Source of the DNA: Leucoraja erinacea
Lineage: Eukaryota
Length of the DNA: 64,000 nt
Assembly: GCF_028641065.1 (NCBI RefSeq)
Contig: NC_073396.1
Coordinates: forward strand, 4,650,001 to 4,714,000
Reading direction: 5' to 3'
Under the pieces are notes generated by a model that made no database searches, was not told the origin of the DNA, and saw only the letters and a list, made by a program, of their open reading frames with translations. A program made the position numbers and the translations under genes. Shown in pieces: positions 9,043 through 19,843 of this stretch. How positions within the stretch are numbered: position 1 is the first letter of the stretch; every line of letters begins with the position of its first letter.

Positions 9043-9984
9043 CCACTGTATTGTTCTATGTTCCTATACCTTGTAGATGCCGGAGATGCCATGGAATGCC
9101 AGGGGGTGACTCAGGTGCCAAAGGTACCATCCCCTAACATGTTCTTTGGCACCATTCTGTGTGGCTGTTGGAGTTCCTGGTCAAGGGCGACCACTTGCCA
9201 ATGCTACAAGCCACTTATCTAACGACCTCTGATATAGCCACGAATGTCTTCACTCTCTGAGAAGCTGCAAATATGCTGAGCATTCTGTAATTAGAGTATG
9301 TCCAGGCTTCTACCTTAAAATGGAATTAAGATTACTGATGAAACAGTTGGAATAATCGGATCTAGAACTCTGAACACTGTGAGGGACATGGGGGGGGGGG
9401 GGGGGGGGGGGGGCAATGTTCACAGCGTTCAGGCTATTGACCATCTATCTTATTTTTCTCCAAGTTGACTTTAATCACGTTTTCCTTTTTCCCGCCTGTT
9501 TCCCGGTGACTGTTACCTTTCTTATACTCCTTTGGTCACACCTGGCCAAATGTGTTCTTGGTTCCAACAGTTGTCACATTTGCCTCTCTCCTGGAATTCG
9601 ACTGCTGTGTCCATCTTGGCTCAAATGAGGTCAAATTGTCTTAGCGCCCCCAGTCTGAGCATTGGCGAGAAAGTTTGTTTCAAATGAGCAAATGGTCCTG
9701 GATAGCATGGTAAACAGCACCTTGCGTCCATCAGCTGATGACTGAAGTATACCGCTGAGCTTTTACCTTCTATGTTGTGACAGTAACTGTGTTTGTAACT
9801 AGATATATCAATTTGTTAGGACCACAGCCAGACATGTTCAGGGTGCATAGTCTTTGCTGTAACCAATACACTCTGCCATTTCTTGATATCATGTGAATAG
9901 AATGGGCTGATTTACCTGCCAGTTACCTGCTGTTGATGATTATGCACCTCAGTTGACCAAGCCCTGGAAATCACTCCCTGAAAC

Positions 9985-10300
9985 AACTCACCCTTCTCAC
10001 CCTGGCCACAAACTCTTTGAATCACTTCCCTCTGGAAGGCGACTCCGGACTGTCAAAGTTGCCACAGCCAGACATAAAAACAGCTTTTTTCCATGAGTCA
10101 ATAACCAAAAATCTGTAGTCTTCTTTTGCTCTGGTATTTTATTTAATTCATATGTTTAATCAATAATGTTTTATTATTAATGTATAACGTTTTATGTGTC
10201 ATTCCTAAATGTCACGTGTGTCGTTGTCACTTGCGGGCGGAGCACCAAGGCAAATTCCTTGTATGTGAATACTTGGCCAATAAACTTATTCATTCATTTG
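9985..10300 (+). mobile_element. Rex1/Babar-like non-LTR retrotransposon 3' end
   Basis: Translates PSHPGHKLFESLPSGRRLRTVKVATARHKNSFFP, then 3' UTR ending aataaacttattcattcatt. Confidence 0.75.
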
Positions 10301-10407
10301 TTCACCTCCCTCTTCTTCAGACAGTCCAACATTTTTGAATTCTCCCATTTTAAGGAACACTTCCCTCCCCTTCTCACTTCCACGTGTCCTCCTCAGTACC
10401 CCTCACC

Positions 10408-10630
10408 CCAGTTGTGGAACTCATTGCCACAGTAGGCTGCGGAGGCCAAGTCAGTGATATTTCTAAAGTGGAGATTGATAGATTCTTGATTAGGAACGCT
10501 GTAAAGGGTTATGGAGAGAAGGCAGGAGAATGGGGTTGAGAGGGAAAGGTAGACCAGCCATTGTTGAATGGCGGAGTAGACTTGGTGGGGTAATGGCTGA
10601 ATTCTGCTCCTATAACTTATGAATTTATGA
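10408..10630 (+). mobile_element. CR1-type LINE 3' end
   Basis: LWNSLPQ motif, ggttatggagagaaggcaggagaatgggg and (ttatga)n tail. Confidence 0.8.
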
Positions 10631-11427
10631 GCAAGAATATCTCCAGCAGAGAGTGATCTAGAAAGCTTTAAGGTAAGGAAGTGTGAAGGAAACATGTGGG
10701 GCAAGTTTATTTTGAAAAGGAGAGTGGGGATGCATAGAACGCACTGCTAGGGGGATAGATTAGTTTAGTTTAGTTTAGTTTGGTTTGGTGCAGTGTGCTG
10801 GAAGCATACAATAGTGGCATTTAAGAGGCACGTGGATATACAGGCTATGGCGGGACATGGATCACAAGCAGGCAGAAGAGATTAGTTGAGCTTGACATTA
10901 TGTTCGGCACATTGTGTTCCTGCGCTATACTATTCTATGTTCTACGTTCTAACCAATAATACTCGTCACCACTTACATAGTTTCTCTTTCTTCATCCACG
11001 GAGAAATACTTTCCACTTCGTTGTCAATGTTAATTACGACAAAATATAGTTTTCCGTTTAAAAAACCAATGATCTTTTCCCTCCAGTTGTCCAAGCCACA
11101 GCCCTGTTCAAAGTGCTAATGCTGAAGCAATATCCAGCACAGATCCATTGTACTGCACAGAAACATGTTCAGCATCCAAACCCTGGATCTCTGCATCAAT
11201 CAGTCTCTTCTCCAGTTGTCCAAGTGTCCTATCCTGCAGACCCATTTTCTACATGGTGTCCCCTTGTAATTAACACAACGGGGCTTTCCTTATGCAACAG
11301 GTTCTTGCTCACAACGTGCTTTTCCAAGATCAGACTTTTGAGAGACATTAAAGTTGCAAGTTAAGCACCCACATGTGGCGACTCTCTGACTGCTGTTCCA
11401 GAAGAGTAATATATTGTACTCATAGCC

Positions 11428-11592
11428 AGACACAAAATGCTGGAGTAACTCAGAGGCAGCATTTCTGGAGAGAAGGCATGGGTGAGGCTTCGGGTCGAGA
11501 CCCATCTTCAGACGTCTCAACCCGAAACCTCACCCATTCCTTTTCTCCATAGATGCTGCCTGCCCCCCTGTTACTCCAGCTTTTTGTGTCTG
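11428..11592. repeat. Inverted pair of Penelope-derived terminal repeats
   Basis: agacacaaaatgctggagtaac ... gttactccagctttttgtgtct. Confidence 0.72.
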
Positions 11593-12424
11593 GATTTGAC
11601 TGGATAGCATGCAGGCCAAGCTTTTCACTATACCTCGATATACATAACAATAAATAAACTAAACTAAATAGTCCAGCTGCTGAATTAGGGAACTAAACCA
11701 CTTAAGAGATATGGCTGTGGTAAGTGTTTCGGCCCGAAACGTTGCCTATTTCCTTCGCTCCATAGATGCTGCTGCACCCGCTGAGTTTCTCCAGCAATTT
11801 TGTGTACCTTCACTTAAGAGATGCTTTGCAGGTTGACAAGCAGAAAACAAGCTGTCTTGTACCCTCCCTGCAGTTATCAGCTAACATTGCCTCTTAAGAA
11901 CAGTTTGTCAGTTTCACCGCTGGCCTCCATTGACCCGTGATCACCTCTATTGACACTTGTGCATTGATACTCCATTAGAGAATGTACCACACAGCCTTTT
12001 GTATATTTAATTTTCAGTAACAAAAAAAAAACATAACTGCTAAAATGACCTTTATTTTTTTATAAACTCATGCAGGAAAAATAATTTTGTTGCTGCAAGT
12101 CTGAAACTCTCTAGCACCCAACCAACTTTGGCTCGTTGTTGACACTTGTTTTTTTTATGATGCGATTTTCTATAACGCAAGGTTTCTTGGAATGAAACCA
12201 TCGAGTTATATCAAAACTACTTGTACTTCACCAGCCGATGTAGCAATGCGCGGGGGCAGAGGATCCAAGTTACAAAGAAGAGGTCCGCGTACATCACACA
12301 TATAATGTCTCCCAGCAGAGGGGGAATTCCTATTGCAATATCACTGCATCGTTAACCATTCTTCTGCCTTTTGCGCAGGAACTCTGAATTTGTGAACTAC
12401 TTGGTGATCTTTTTTAATTTCTTA

Positions 12425-12648
12425 CGTTCATAACTGATAGGGGCAGAATTAGGCCATTCGACCCATCAAGTTTACTCCGCCATTCAATCGTGGCTGATCT
12501 ATCTTTCATTTCTTACCCCATTTCTCCTGAATTCTCCCCACAACCCCTGGCACCCGTATTAATCAAGAATCCACCTATCTCTGCCTTAAAAGTATCCATT
12601 TGGCCTCCACAGCCGTCTGCAGCTAAGAATTCCACAGATTCACCACCT
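12425..12648 (-). mobile_element. CR1-type LINE 3' end
   Basis: Reverse-complement homolog of the 10408 and 47245 tails. Confidence 0.75.
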
Positions 12649-12764
12649 GACTTTATTGAACTGTTGCATTTTCTTCTCAAAACCAAAAATATGTTGGTGT
12701 TAATATTGGTGTCGGGCTTATTGTTTTAATATCTATTTATTGCGTGTAACGAAAGAATGTAAGT

Positions 12765-13186
12765 CAATAGACAATAGACAATAGGTGCAGGAGTAGGCCA
12801 TTCGGCCCTTGGAGCCAGCACCGCCATTCAATGTGATCATGGCTGATCATCCCCAATCAGTACCCCGTTCCTGCCTTCTCCCCATATCCCCTAACTCCGC
12901 TATTTTTAAGAGCCCTATCTAGCTATCGCTTGAAACTATCCAGAGAACCGGCCTCCACCGCCCTCTGCGGCAGAGAATTCCACAGACTCACAACTCTCTG
13001 TGAGAAAAAGTGTTTCCTTGTCTCCGTTCTAAATGGCTTACTCCTTATTCTTAAACTGTGGCCCCTGGTTCTGGACTCCTCCAACACCGGGAACATGTTT
13101 CTTGCCTCTAGCGTGTCCAAACCCTTAACAATCTTATATGTTTCAATAAAATTCCCTCTCATCCTTCTAAACTCCAGAGTGTACAA
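12765..13186 (-). mobile_element. CR1-type LINE 3' fragment, young
   Basis: YTLEFRRMRGNFIETYKI...RGHSLRIR...FFSQRVVSLWNSLP; (ctattgt)n tail. Confidence 0.9.
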
Positions 13187-14302
13187 GTCATATGTTTAAT
13201 GGAGTATTGTTGTGTCTATACCAATAGAAGTGATCGTTTGCCAATTTGTCGCTGGCAAGGCGAACTTTACCTTCCTACTTTACCTTAATTTAACTTTAAA
13301 AATCTTAATGTATAACAACATTCAAAATTCATCTTGTCAATTGACCTTTCCACCAGAATCAAAAAATTAAAAAATTAAAAATAACACACACAATATTCAC
13401 CAGCAGGACGGCCTGGTGATTTTGATTAAACCATGTCGGTGGATATGTGAGAAGATTCGGCACTTCCATGTAAAACCATACCCGACAACTGCAGTGTGGA
13501 GGAAGGAACTGCAGATGCAGGTTAACACCGAAGATAAACACAACATGCTGGAGTAACTCAGCGGGTCCGGCGGCATCTGGACCTGGAGAAAAGGTGACGT
13601 TTCGGATAGAGACCCTTAATCAGATCCAGTTTACCCCCCTCCCAGTAACAGCATCAGTACCAGTGCAGTTACTGCCAAACGCGGCGACCCCGCACCTCTA
13701 GTATTTCACATCCTGCTTCGCTCACGGATCAAGTAAGTAAACAAATTGGGGCTTTTATTTGTTTACACTTAAGAGTTCAATTATTGTTTCACAAGCAAAC
13801 ATGTTACCAACTGCCCCGAGCTCCACATCTCAGCGCTCCCCTACCAGACTCGCACATTGCCCCGGCTGCTACCTCCACGCCCACAATACCCTTCCATTGC
13901 CGCGGGGACCACAGTGGAGAGCGCGGGTGTGCAGCGAGCCCCCGTTAAAGGAAAGACTCCCCCCCCCCCCACACCCATAGAGGTTTCAAGTTACACACGA
14001 TGCTAAACTTCAGATGAAGGGTCTACCGTCTATGTACCTTCACGAGGTGTTCACGGTGTGAGTGCCGGGCGGTGGGAGCTGTGGAACACTGGACTGACTG
14101 CCAGTGCCAAGACTGTGAGCGGAGGCGGGAGACACATAAATCTCCCAGACACTTTCCCACGGCTGCTGCCTCCAGCGACATCGAATCTGAAACGCGTGTT
14201 CCGTCTACTAGTTATTGGGTAACATCTGGGCAAAGGCACTGAGCCAAACTACCCAACTGCACCCTGCGGAAAGATCATTATCATTTTTCCTTTTTAAAAA
14301 AA

Positions 14303-14615
14303 GGGGCGGCACAGTGGTGCAGTTGTAGAGTTGCTGCCTCACACTCAGCGCCAGAGACCCGGGTTCGATCCTAACTCCGGGTGCTGTCTCTGCACGGAGA
14401 TTGTGCGTTCTCCCCGTCACTTGCGTGGGTTTTCTCCGGGTGCTCCGGTTTCCTCCCACACCCCAAAGACGTGCAGGGTTGTCGGTTAATTTGGCTTTCA
14501 TAAAATTGTAAATTGTCCCTAGTGTGTTGGATAATGTGAGTGCGCCGTTAGTATGTGATCGTTGGTCGGAGCGGCCTCGGTGGGTCAAATGGCCTGTTTC
14601 CAGGACAGTGTCTAA
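14303..14615 (+). mobile_element. Full-length tRNA-derived V-SINE (HE1-like)
   Basis: A box tggtgcagttg, B box ggttcgatcc, central V-domain, LINE-derived tail gggtcaaatggcctgtttcc. Confidence 0.88.
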
Positions 14616-15329
14616 GAACAGGGATCTGATTCTCCAGGCTTCTCGTCTAGTTTGCATCTAACCTCGTCGTCCTTTCCGCACTCAAAGACCACTGAGGAAT
14701 TGACACCAAGTTGCGGGCGTCAGTCGCTCTTGAAACGATACATCGCTGCAGCGGAGAGTTCACTTCAAAACTTTAAGTTATTCAACTTTGTCGAATTCGA
14801 GAGGGGAGCCATTTCAGTGTTATAACTCATCCGTGGACGGAAGAAACCGCTGTCGAAATATCTTCAACAGTCCAAATCATTTGTTGGAACAAGTATATTT
14901 ATTCGTTCGAATCCACCTCTTCTTTGGCTGGGAATTTTTTTCTTTTTAAGATAGATCTCAACTCTAAACGTTGTCTGTCCATTCCCTCCACAGATGCTGC
15001 CTGACCCGCTGAGTTACTCCGGCACTTAGCGCTTTGCTCAAGACTCCAGCATCTGCGGCTTTTGGTGTCTCCTCTTATTTGATTAACGACGCGTTGATCA
15101 GAAGACATAATGCGGACATTATGTTAATATGGAGCAAACTGCAAGTGAGAATGACATTGTTCTGTTTGGGACCTATGACAATAAAACAACTCTGACTCAC
15201 TCTTGATTAATATATATCATCTGGGTAGTATTATTGATCTGATTTGCCTGCGTAGAAATAATCTTTGTTAACAATATTGTAGGTGAATTGATTCAAAAGT
15301 GTTTGGTTTAGAAGGAACGGCATTTGGAT

Positions 15330-16370
15330 ATGGAGGTGCCAGGTATTGGCACTCAGGGTAACTTGTCCACCATTGGAAACTTTTCCTCTTCAGCCCCAGG
15401 GCAAGTGAATGAGAAACTGCTGACAATATTGCTGGGGACCATTCTGAGCGCCATGTGTTTGATGGGAGTTATAGGCAATGTCTACGTCCTGGTGGTGATG
15501 AATTTGTCCATGAGGTTCACTGGCTCCATGTACACCTACATAGTAAACTTGGCTTTGGCCGACCTCCTCTACCTCACCACCATCCCATTTGTGGTGTGCA
15601 CCTACTTTGCGAAGGACTGGTACTTTGGAGAACTTGGCTGTAGATTCCTGCTCAGCTTGGACTTCCTGACTATGCACGCCAGCATCTTCATATTGACTGT
15701 CATGAGCATTGAGAGATACTTAGCAGTGGTGAAACCCCTGACGACGTATAGGAAAAACAACGGCTACAGGAGGGTCATCATTAGTGTGGTATGGCTGGTT
15801 TCTATTCTCCTTGCCCTTCCTACGATGGTAATGACCGATCTCAGAGAATTTGCCAAGAACGGGACAATAAAACGCATGTGCGGCTCCACATGGCCAAAAC
15901 ATACTTACAGAATCTATCTGACTGTGCTTTTTAATACTTGTATACTGACTCCAGGGATATTAATTGGATTCTTATACATAAAGTTAGCTCGTACTTACTG
16001 GACATCCCAAAGCAGGAAGGAAGTGACAAAGGCACCAAAGCTGAAAATCCTCTATATGATTTTTGGGATTGTCCTAATATATGATATCTGTTACTTGCCT
16101 TTTTGGGTATGGCAATTGTTTCATCTCTACATTGAATCTGCAACTATTTCTCCCACCACAGTTGCCATCGTTAATTTGTTTGTGACATGCCTGGCATACT
16201 GCAACAGCTGCATCAATCCTTTCCTCTACACCTTACTGACAAAAAATTACAAAGAGTATCTGAGGAACCAAAAGGCAAAGTTCTCCAAAAGGAAATGCCA
16301 CAGGGTTTTGTCCCAAAGATCAACGTCTTCTGGACATCATCCGTGCACAGAGAGTCTATCGTACACTTAA
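15330..16370 (+). CDS. Urotensin-II receptor-like class A GPCR, intronless CDS, 346 aa
   Basis: Seven hydrophobic segments; NLALADLL, UTS2R-typical LLSLDFLTMHASIFILTVMSIERY, LPFW, NSCINPFLYTLLTKNYKEY; N-terminal glycosylation sequons. First ATG at 15330 (ORF track starts at an upstream TTG). Subtype not assignable by eye. Confidence 0.88.
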   Translation: MEVPGIGTQGNLSTIGNFSSSAPGQVNEKLLTILLGTILSAMCLMGVIGNVYVLVVMNLSMRFTGSMYTYIVNLALADLLYLTTIPFVVCTYFAKDWYFGELGCRFLLSLDFLTMHASIFILTVMSIERYLAVVKPLTTYRKNNGYRRVIISVVWLVSILLALPTMVMTDLREFAKNGTIKRMCGSTWPKHTYRIYLTVLFNTCILTPGILIGFLYIKLARTYWTSQSRKEVTKAPKLKILYMIFGIVLIYDICYLPFWVWQLFHLYIESATISPTTVAIVNLFVTCLAYCNSCINPFLYTLLTKNYKEYLRNQKAKFSKRKCHRVLSQRSTSSGHHPCTESLSYT

Positions 16371-16993
16371 AACCAGCTACAGAGGAGGCCTATGCGTTAA
16401 GTATGTGAGTATAACAGATATGGAATTTATCTATAAAATTATTTTCCTTTATCCGTGGACCACAGTCAACAATAATTCTGTTCCTCCTATTTGCTAAACA
16501 CAAAGTGCATGGGTCAGGCAGTATCTCTGGAGGGAATCGACTGACAATGTTTCAGTCCGGGACACATCTTCAGAGTGAAGATTCCAGCATCTGCAGCTCC
16601 TTGTGTTTCCCTGCCCATTTGCGACCCTTTCAGAGAGGACATCTTGTGTCATGACTTGACCCATTTAGATCAGTTAAAAAAGATCGTTTTGATCATCTTC
16701 CTTTTCTCCAAAAATGCCGCCCGGCCCGCTGCATTTGTGTCCAGCATTTTGTGTCTATCTTCGATCATCTTGGCATGTTGGCCAGTCATTCATATTAGTT
16801 TTTCAGCTTCCTTCCCTAAATGTAAAATTATTAAAATAATTTGTTTCCTAATAAGGTTCAATTCAAAGAGAACAGGAATCTAGGAAGAGAGTCATTCATT
16901 TAAAATACAAAAAAACAATTTTTACAAATGTTTGGACTGGTTTAAAAATCTGCTTTGACTTAAAAGCTCTAAAGTACCCTTTCATTTATTGAA

Positions 16994-16999
16994 AATAAA
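16994..16999 (+). terminator. Candidate polyadenylation signal of the UTS2R-like gene
   Basis: AATAAA about 620 bp after the stop, followed by T-rich sequence. Confidence 0.3.
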
Positions 17000-18614
17000 C
17001 AAATCTTTTGAAATGTATTCAAAAATATTGCTTATTTTGATGAGACATCTCATTGCTTGATAGTTTTTTTTTAATAGTAACAAAACCACCTCTGCATTAT
17101 TTACACAAATTGAAATGAAAGCATCAGAAACCAAAACACGTATTATTTTATTGAATAGCTAAAAGCACGAGAATGGTGTTTAATATAGAGCAGAAACATA
17201 ATCAGTGACTCTCCAGGAGAGACCTTTCATCCGACCAGGAGGAGAGTAGAAGGATTATGAGGTGAGGATGGTTTAGAGGAAGAAAATGCCATTAAGGAAA
17301 TTCTCTTGAAAATTGTTTAGAGAGAAAGATAGGTCAGATTCGATGGGCCAAATGGCTTAATTCTACTGCTAGGACTCATGAGCTTCTTTGTGAGATCATT
17401 TGGTCTTTCTAAAGTAGAGAAGACCATGCATGAACAGTTGACAGAATTACAAGCGATCTTCAGTCTCACATGAGCTGTGTGTTTGGGCTCTGCAAAGAGT
17501 AGAGAGGAAAGGACAGGCCTTGTACCTCCTACACTCACACACACAGGCAGGTATCACTGAAAGAGCAGCGTTGTTGGGAATGATTGGATCACAGGTTTGT
17601 GGAGGGAAGTAGGTCCATGGGAATCTGGAGAGGAGGGAAATGTGTTTAGTCATGATGATGGTGGCAAAGTGGCAGGCTTGAGATATTGAATAAGGCTTGT
17701 GAAATGGAAATTGGATGAGAGGTATGCTCATAAAGGTGCTGAATGGGAGGATGAGAGGTGTTCATGTGTCAATAAATGATGGCCTTGCCAGTGATGCATC
17801 ATCTGATGATTATTTTTTAGTTGAATGCATTCCTTTGTGCATTAGTTGCATTGATTATAGCATTAATTGAATGTCTAACATTATAAGCTGTGGGGTGATG
17901 TGCGGGGCAAGATTCTTCTAAACACAGAGTGGTGGGTGTCCAGAATGCCCTCCCATGGTGACGTTGGAGGCAGCATAGTGGTATTTAAGGATACCATAGT
18001 GGTATTTAAGAGGCTATTAGATACAGTAGATGTGTGGATATGCAGTGAATGGAGGGATATAGATCATTTGCAGGCAGAGATTATTTTAACACGGCATCAT
18101 GTTCAGCTCAGACATGGTGTTCCTGAGCTGCACTGTTCTGCGTTTGATGTACAGCGTGAATATGGAAACACAACTCCTTTGGCAGATGAGTTGGCAAACT
18201 GCTTTTGAGATACAATAAGCAAAATCAAATCTTCAAGGAAATATGGGGCTTTGGTATGATGCATATTGTTGTAATCTGGCATATGCGGTTTAAAAAGGAA
18301 GCAGATCAAGTAATAATTTTTAACAGGAAACTGGATGTTTACTTGATAGAAGATATTTGGCAGGGTTATGGGAAAAAAAGCAAGAGGATCATGGCTAATT
18401 GCACAGCGATTTGTGGGAGTGGGCACAAACGTGATGGATCAGTGACCTCCTAATGATGTAGGAATCTATAGTTACCCTTTTCTCAAATATAAAATCTGTG
18501 GGCCCGGTGACATTTTGGTTCTCATAGAAATATTGGCATGAGTTTCCCATGACTTGCCATCCTGGATATTAAATGGGCCATAACATCAGTTTCTTTCTGC
18601 AGTTGTGCAGAGCC

Positions 18615-19185
18615 CTAGTGAGACCACACCTGGAGTGTGCAGTTTTGGTCCCCTAACTTGTGGAAGGACATTCTTGCTATTGAGGGAGTGCAGCGTAGGT
18701 TTACAAGGATAATTCCCGGGATGGCGGGACTGTCATATGCTGAGAGAATGAAGCAGCTGGGCTTGTACACTCTGGAGTTTAGAAGGATGAGAGGATATCT
18801 TATTGAAACATATAAGATTGTTAAGGGTTTTCGACACGCTGGAGGCAGGAAACAGGTTCCCGATGTTGGGGGAGTCCAGAACCAGGGGCCACAGTTTAAG
18901 AATAAGGGATAAGCCATTTAGAACAGAGACGAGGAAACACTTTTTCCTCACAGAGAGTTGTGAGTCTGTGGAATTCTCTGACTCAGAGTGCGGTGGAGGC
19001 ATGTTCTCTAGATGCTTTCAAGAGAGAGAGCTGGATAGGGCTCTTAAAGAAAGCGGAGTCAGGGGATATGGGGAAAAGGCAGGAACGGGGTACTGATTGG
19101 GGATGATCAACCATGATCACATTGAATGGCAGTGTTGGCTCGAAGGATGAATGGCCTACTCCTGCACCTATTGTCTATTGTCTAT
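18615..19185 (+). mobile_element. CR1-type LINE ORF2 3' fragment
   Basis: LVRPHLE..QFWSP..KDILAIEGVQRRFTR..LGLYTLEFRRMRG with frameshifts; (ctattgt)n tail. Confidence 0.92.
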
Positions 19186-19379
19186 TAATGGCTATTGATT
19201 TCACTGTCAATGGGAATGTGGGATTAATTATAAAACACGTCTTGAATAAAACATGTCAAGGTTTTTCCACTCAAAGTCCAGGCCCATTGCTGTCAGGTGT
19301 CCAGGGGATATAGTAGGGATGCTGCTGGTGCCTGCCTTCTCTATCCGAATTATCCCAATTCCAGAATTATTAAGGTGGA

Positions 19380-19843
19380 AATTGCAGAGAAAATTTACAA
19401 AGACATTGGCAGGACTTGAGGGTCTGAGCTACAGGGAGAGGTTGGGCAGGTTGGGAATTTATTTCTTGGAGAGCAGGAGGCTGAGGGGTGATCTTAGAGA
19501 GGTGTGTAAGAGGGAAATAGATTGTGTAGATGCATAATGTATTTCACCCGGGTAGAGGAATCAAAAACTAGGGCGACAGGTTTAAGCTGAGAGGGGATTT
19601 AATAGGAACTTGTGAGGTGACTTTTTCCACAGTAAGAATGATGGTTATATGGTATGAGCTGCCAGAGGAGGTGGTCATGGCAGGTACAATAACAACATTT
19701 CAAATACATTTGGACAGGAACATAGATAGGAAGGGTTTTGTGGGATATGGGCCTCATGCAGGCAGGCAAGATTAGTGTAGAAGGGGCATCTTGGTTGGCA
19801 TGGGTGAGTTGAGCCGAAGGTACTGTTTCTGTTTCATATGACT
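19380..19843 (+). mobile_element. Degenerate CR1-type LINE 3' fragment
   Basis: LQRKFTKTLAGLEGLSYRERLGRLG..LESRRLRGDL. Confidence 0.8.

Noticed and set aside
9390-9413. Long G/C homopolymers (also about 5545, 25891, 26315, 37533)
   Set aside because: Simple runs with unreliable assembled length; no evidence of function beyond theoretical G-quadruplex potential.
14303-14380. tRNA-like A and B boxes
   Set aside because: Head of a V-SINE, not a tRNA gene.
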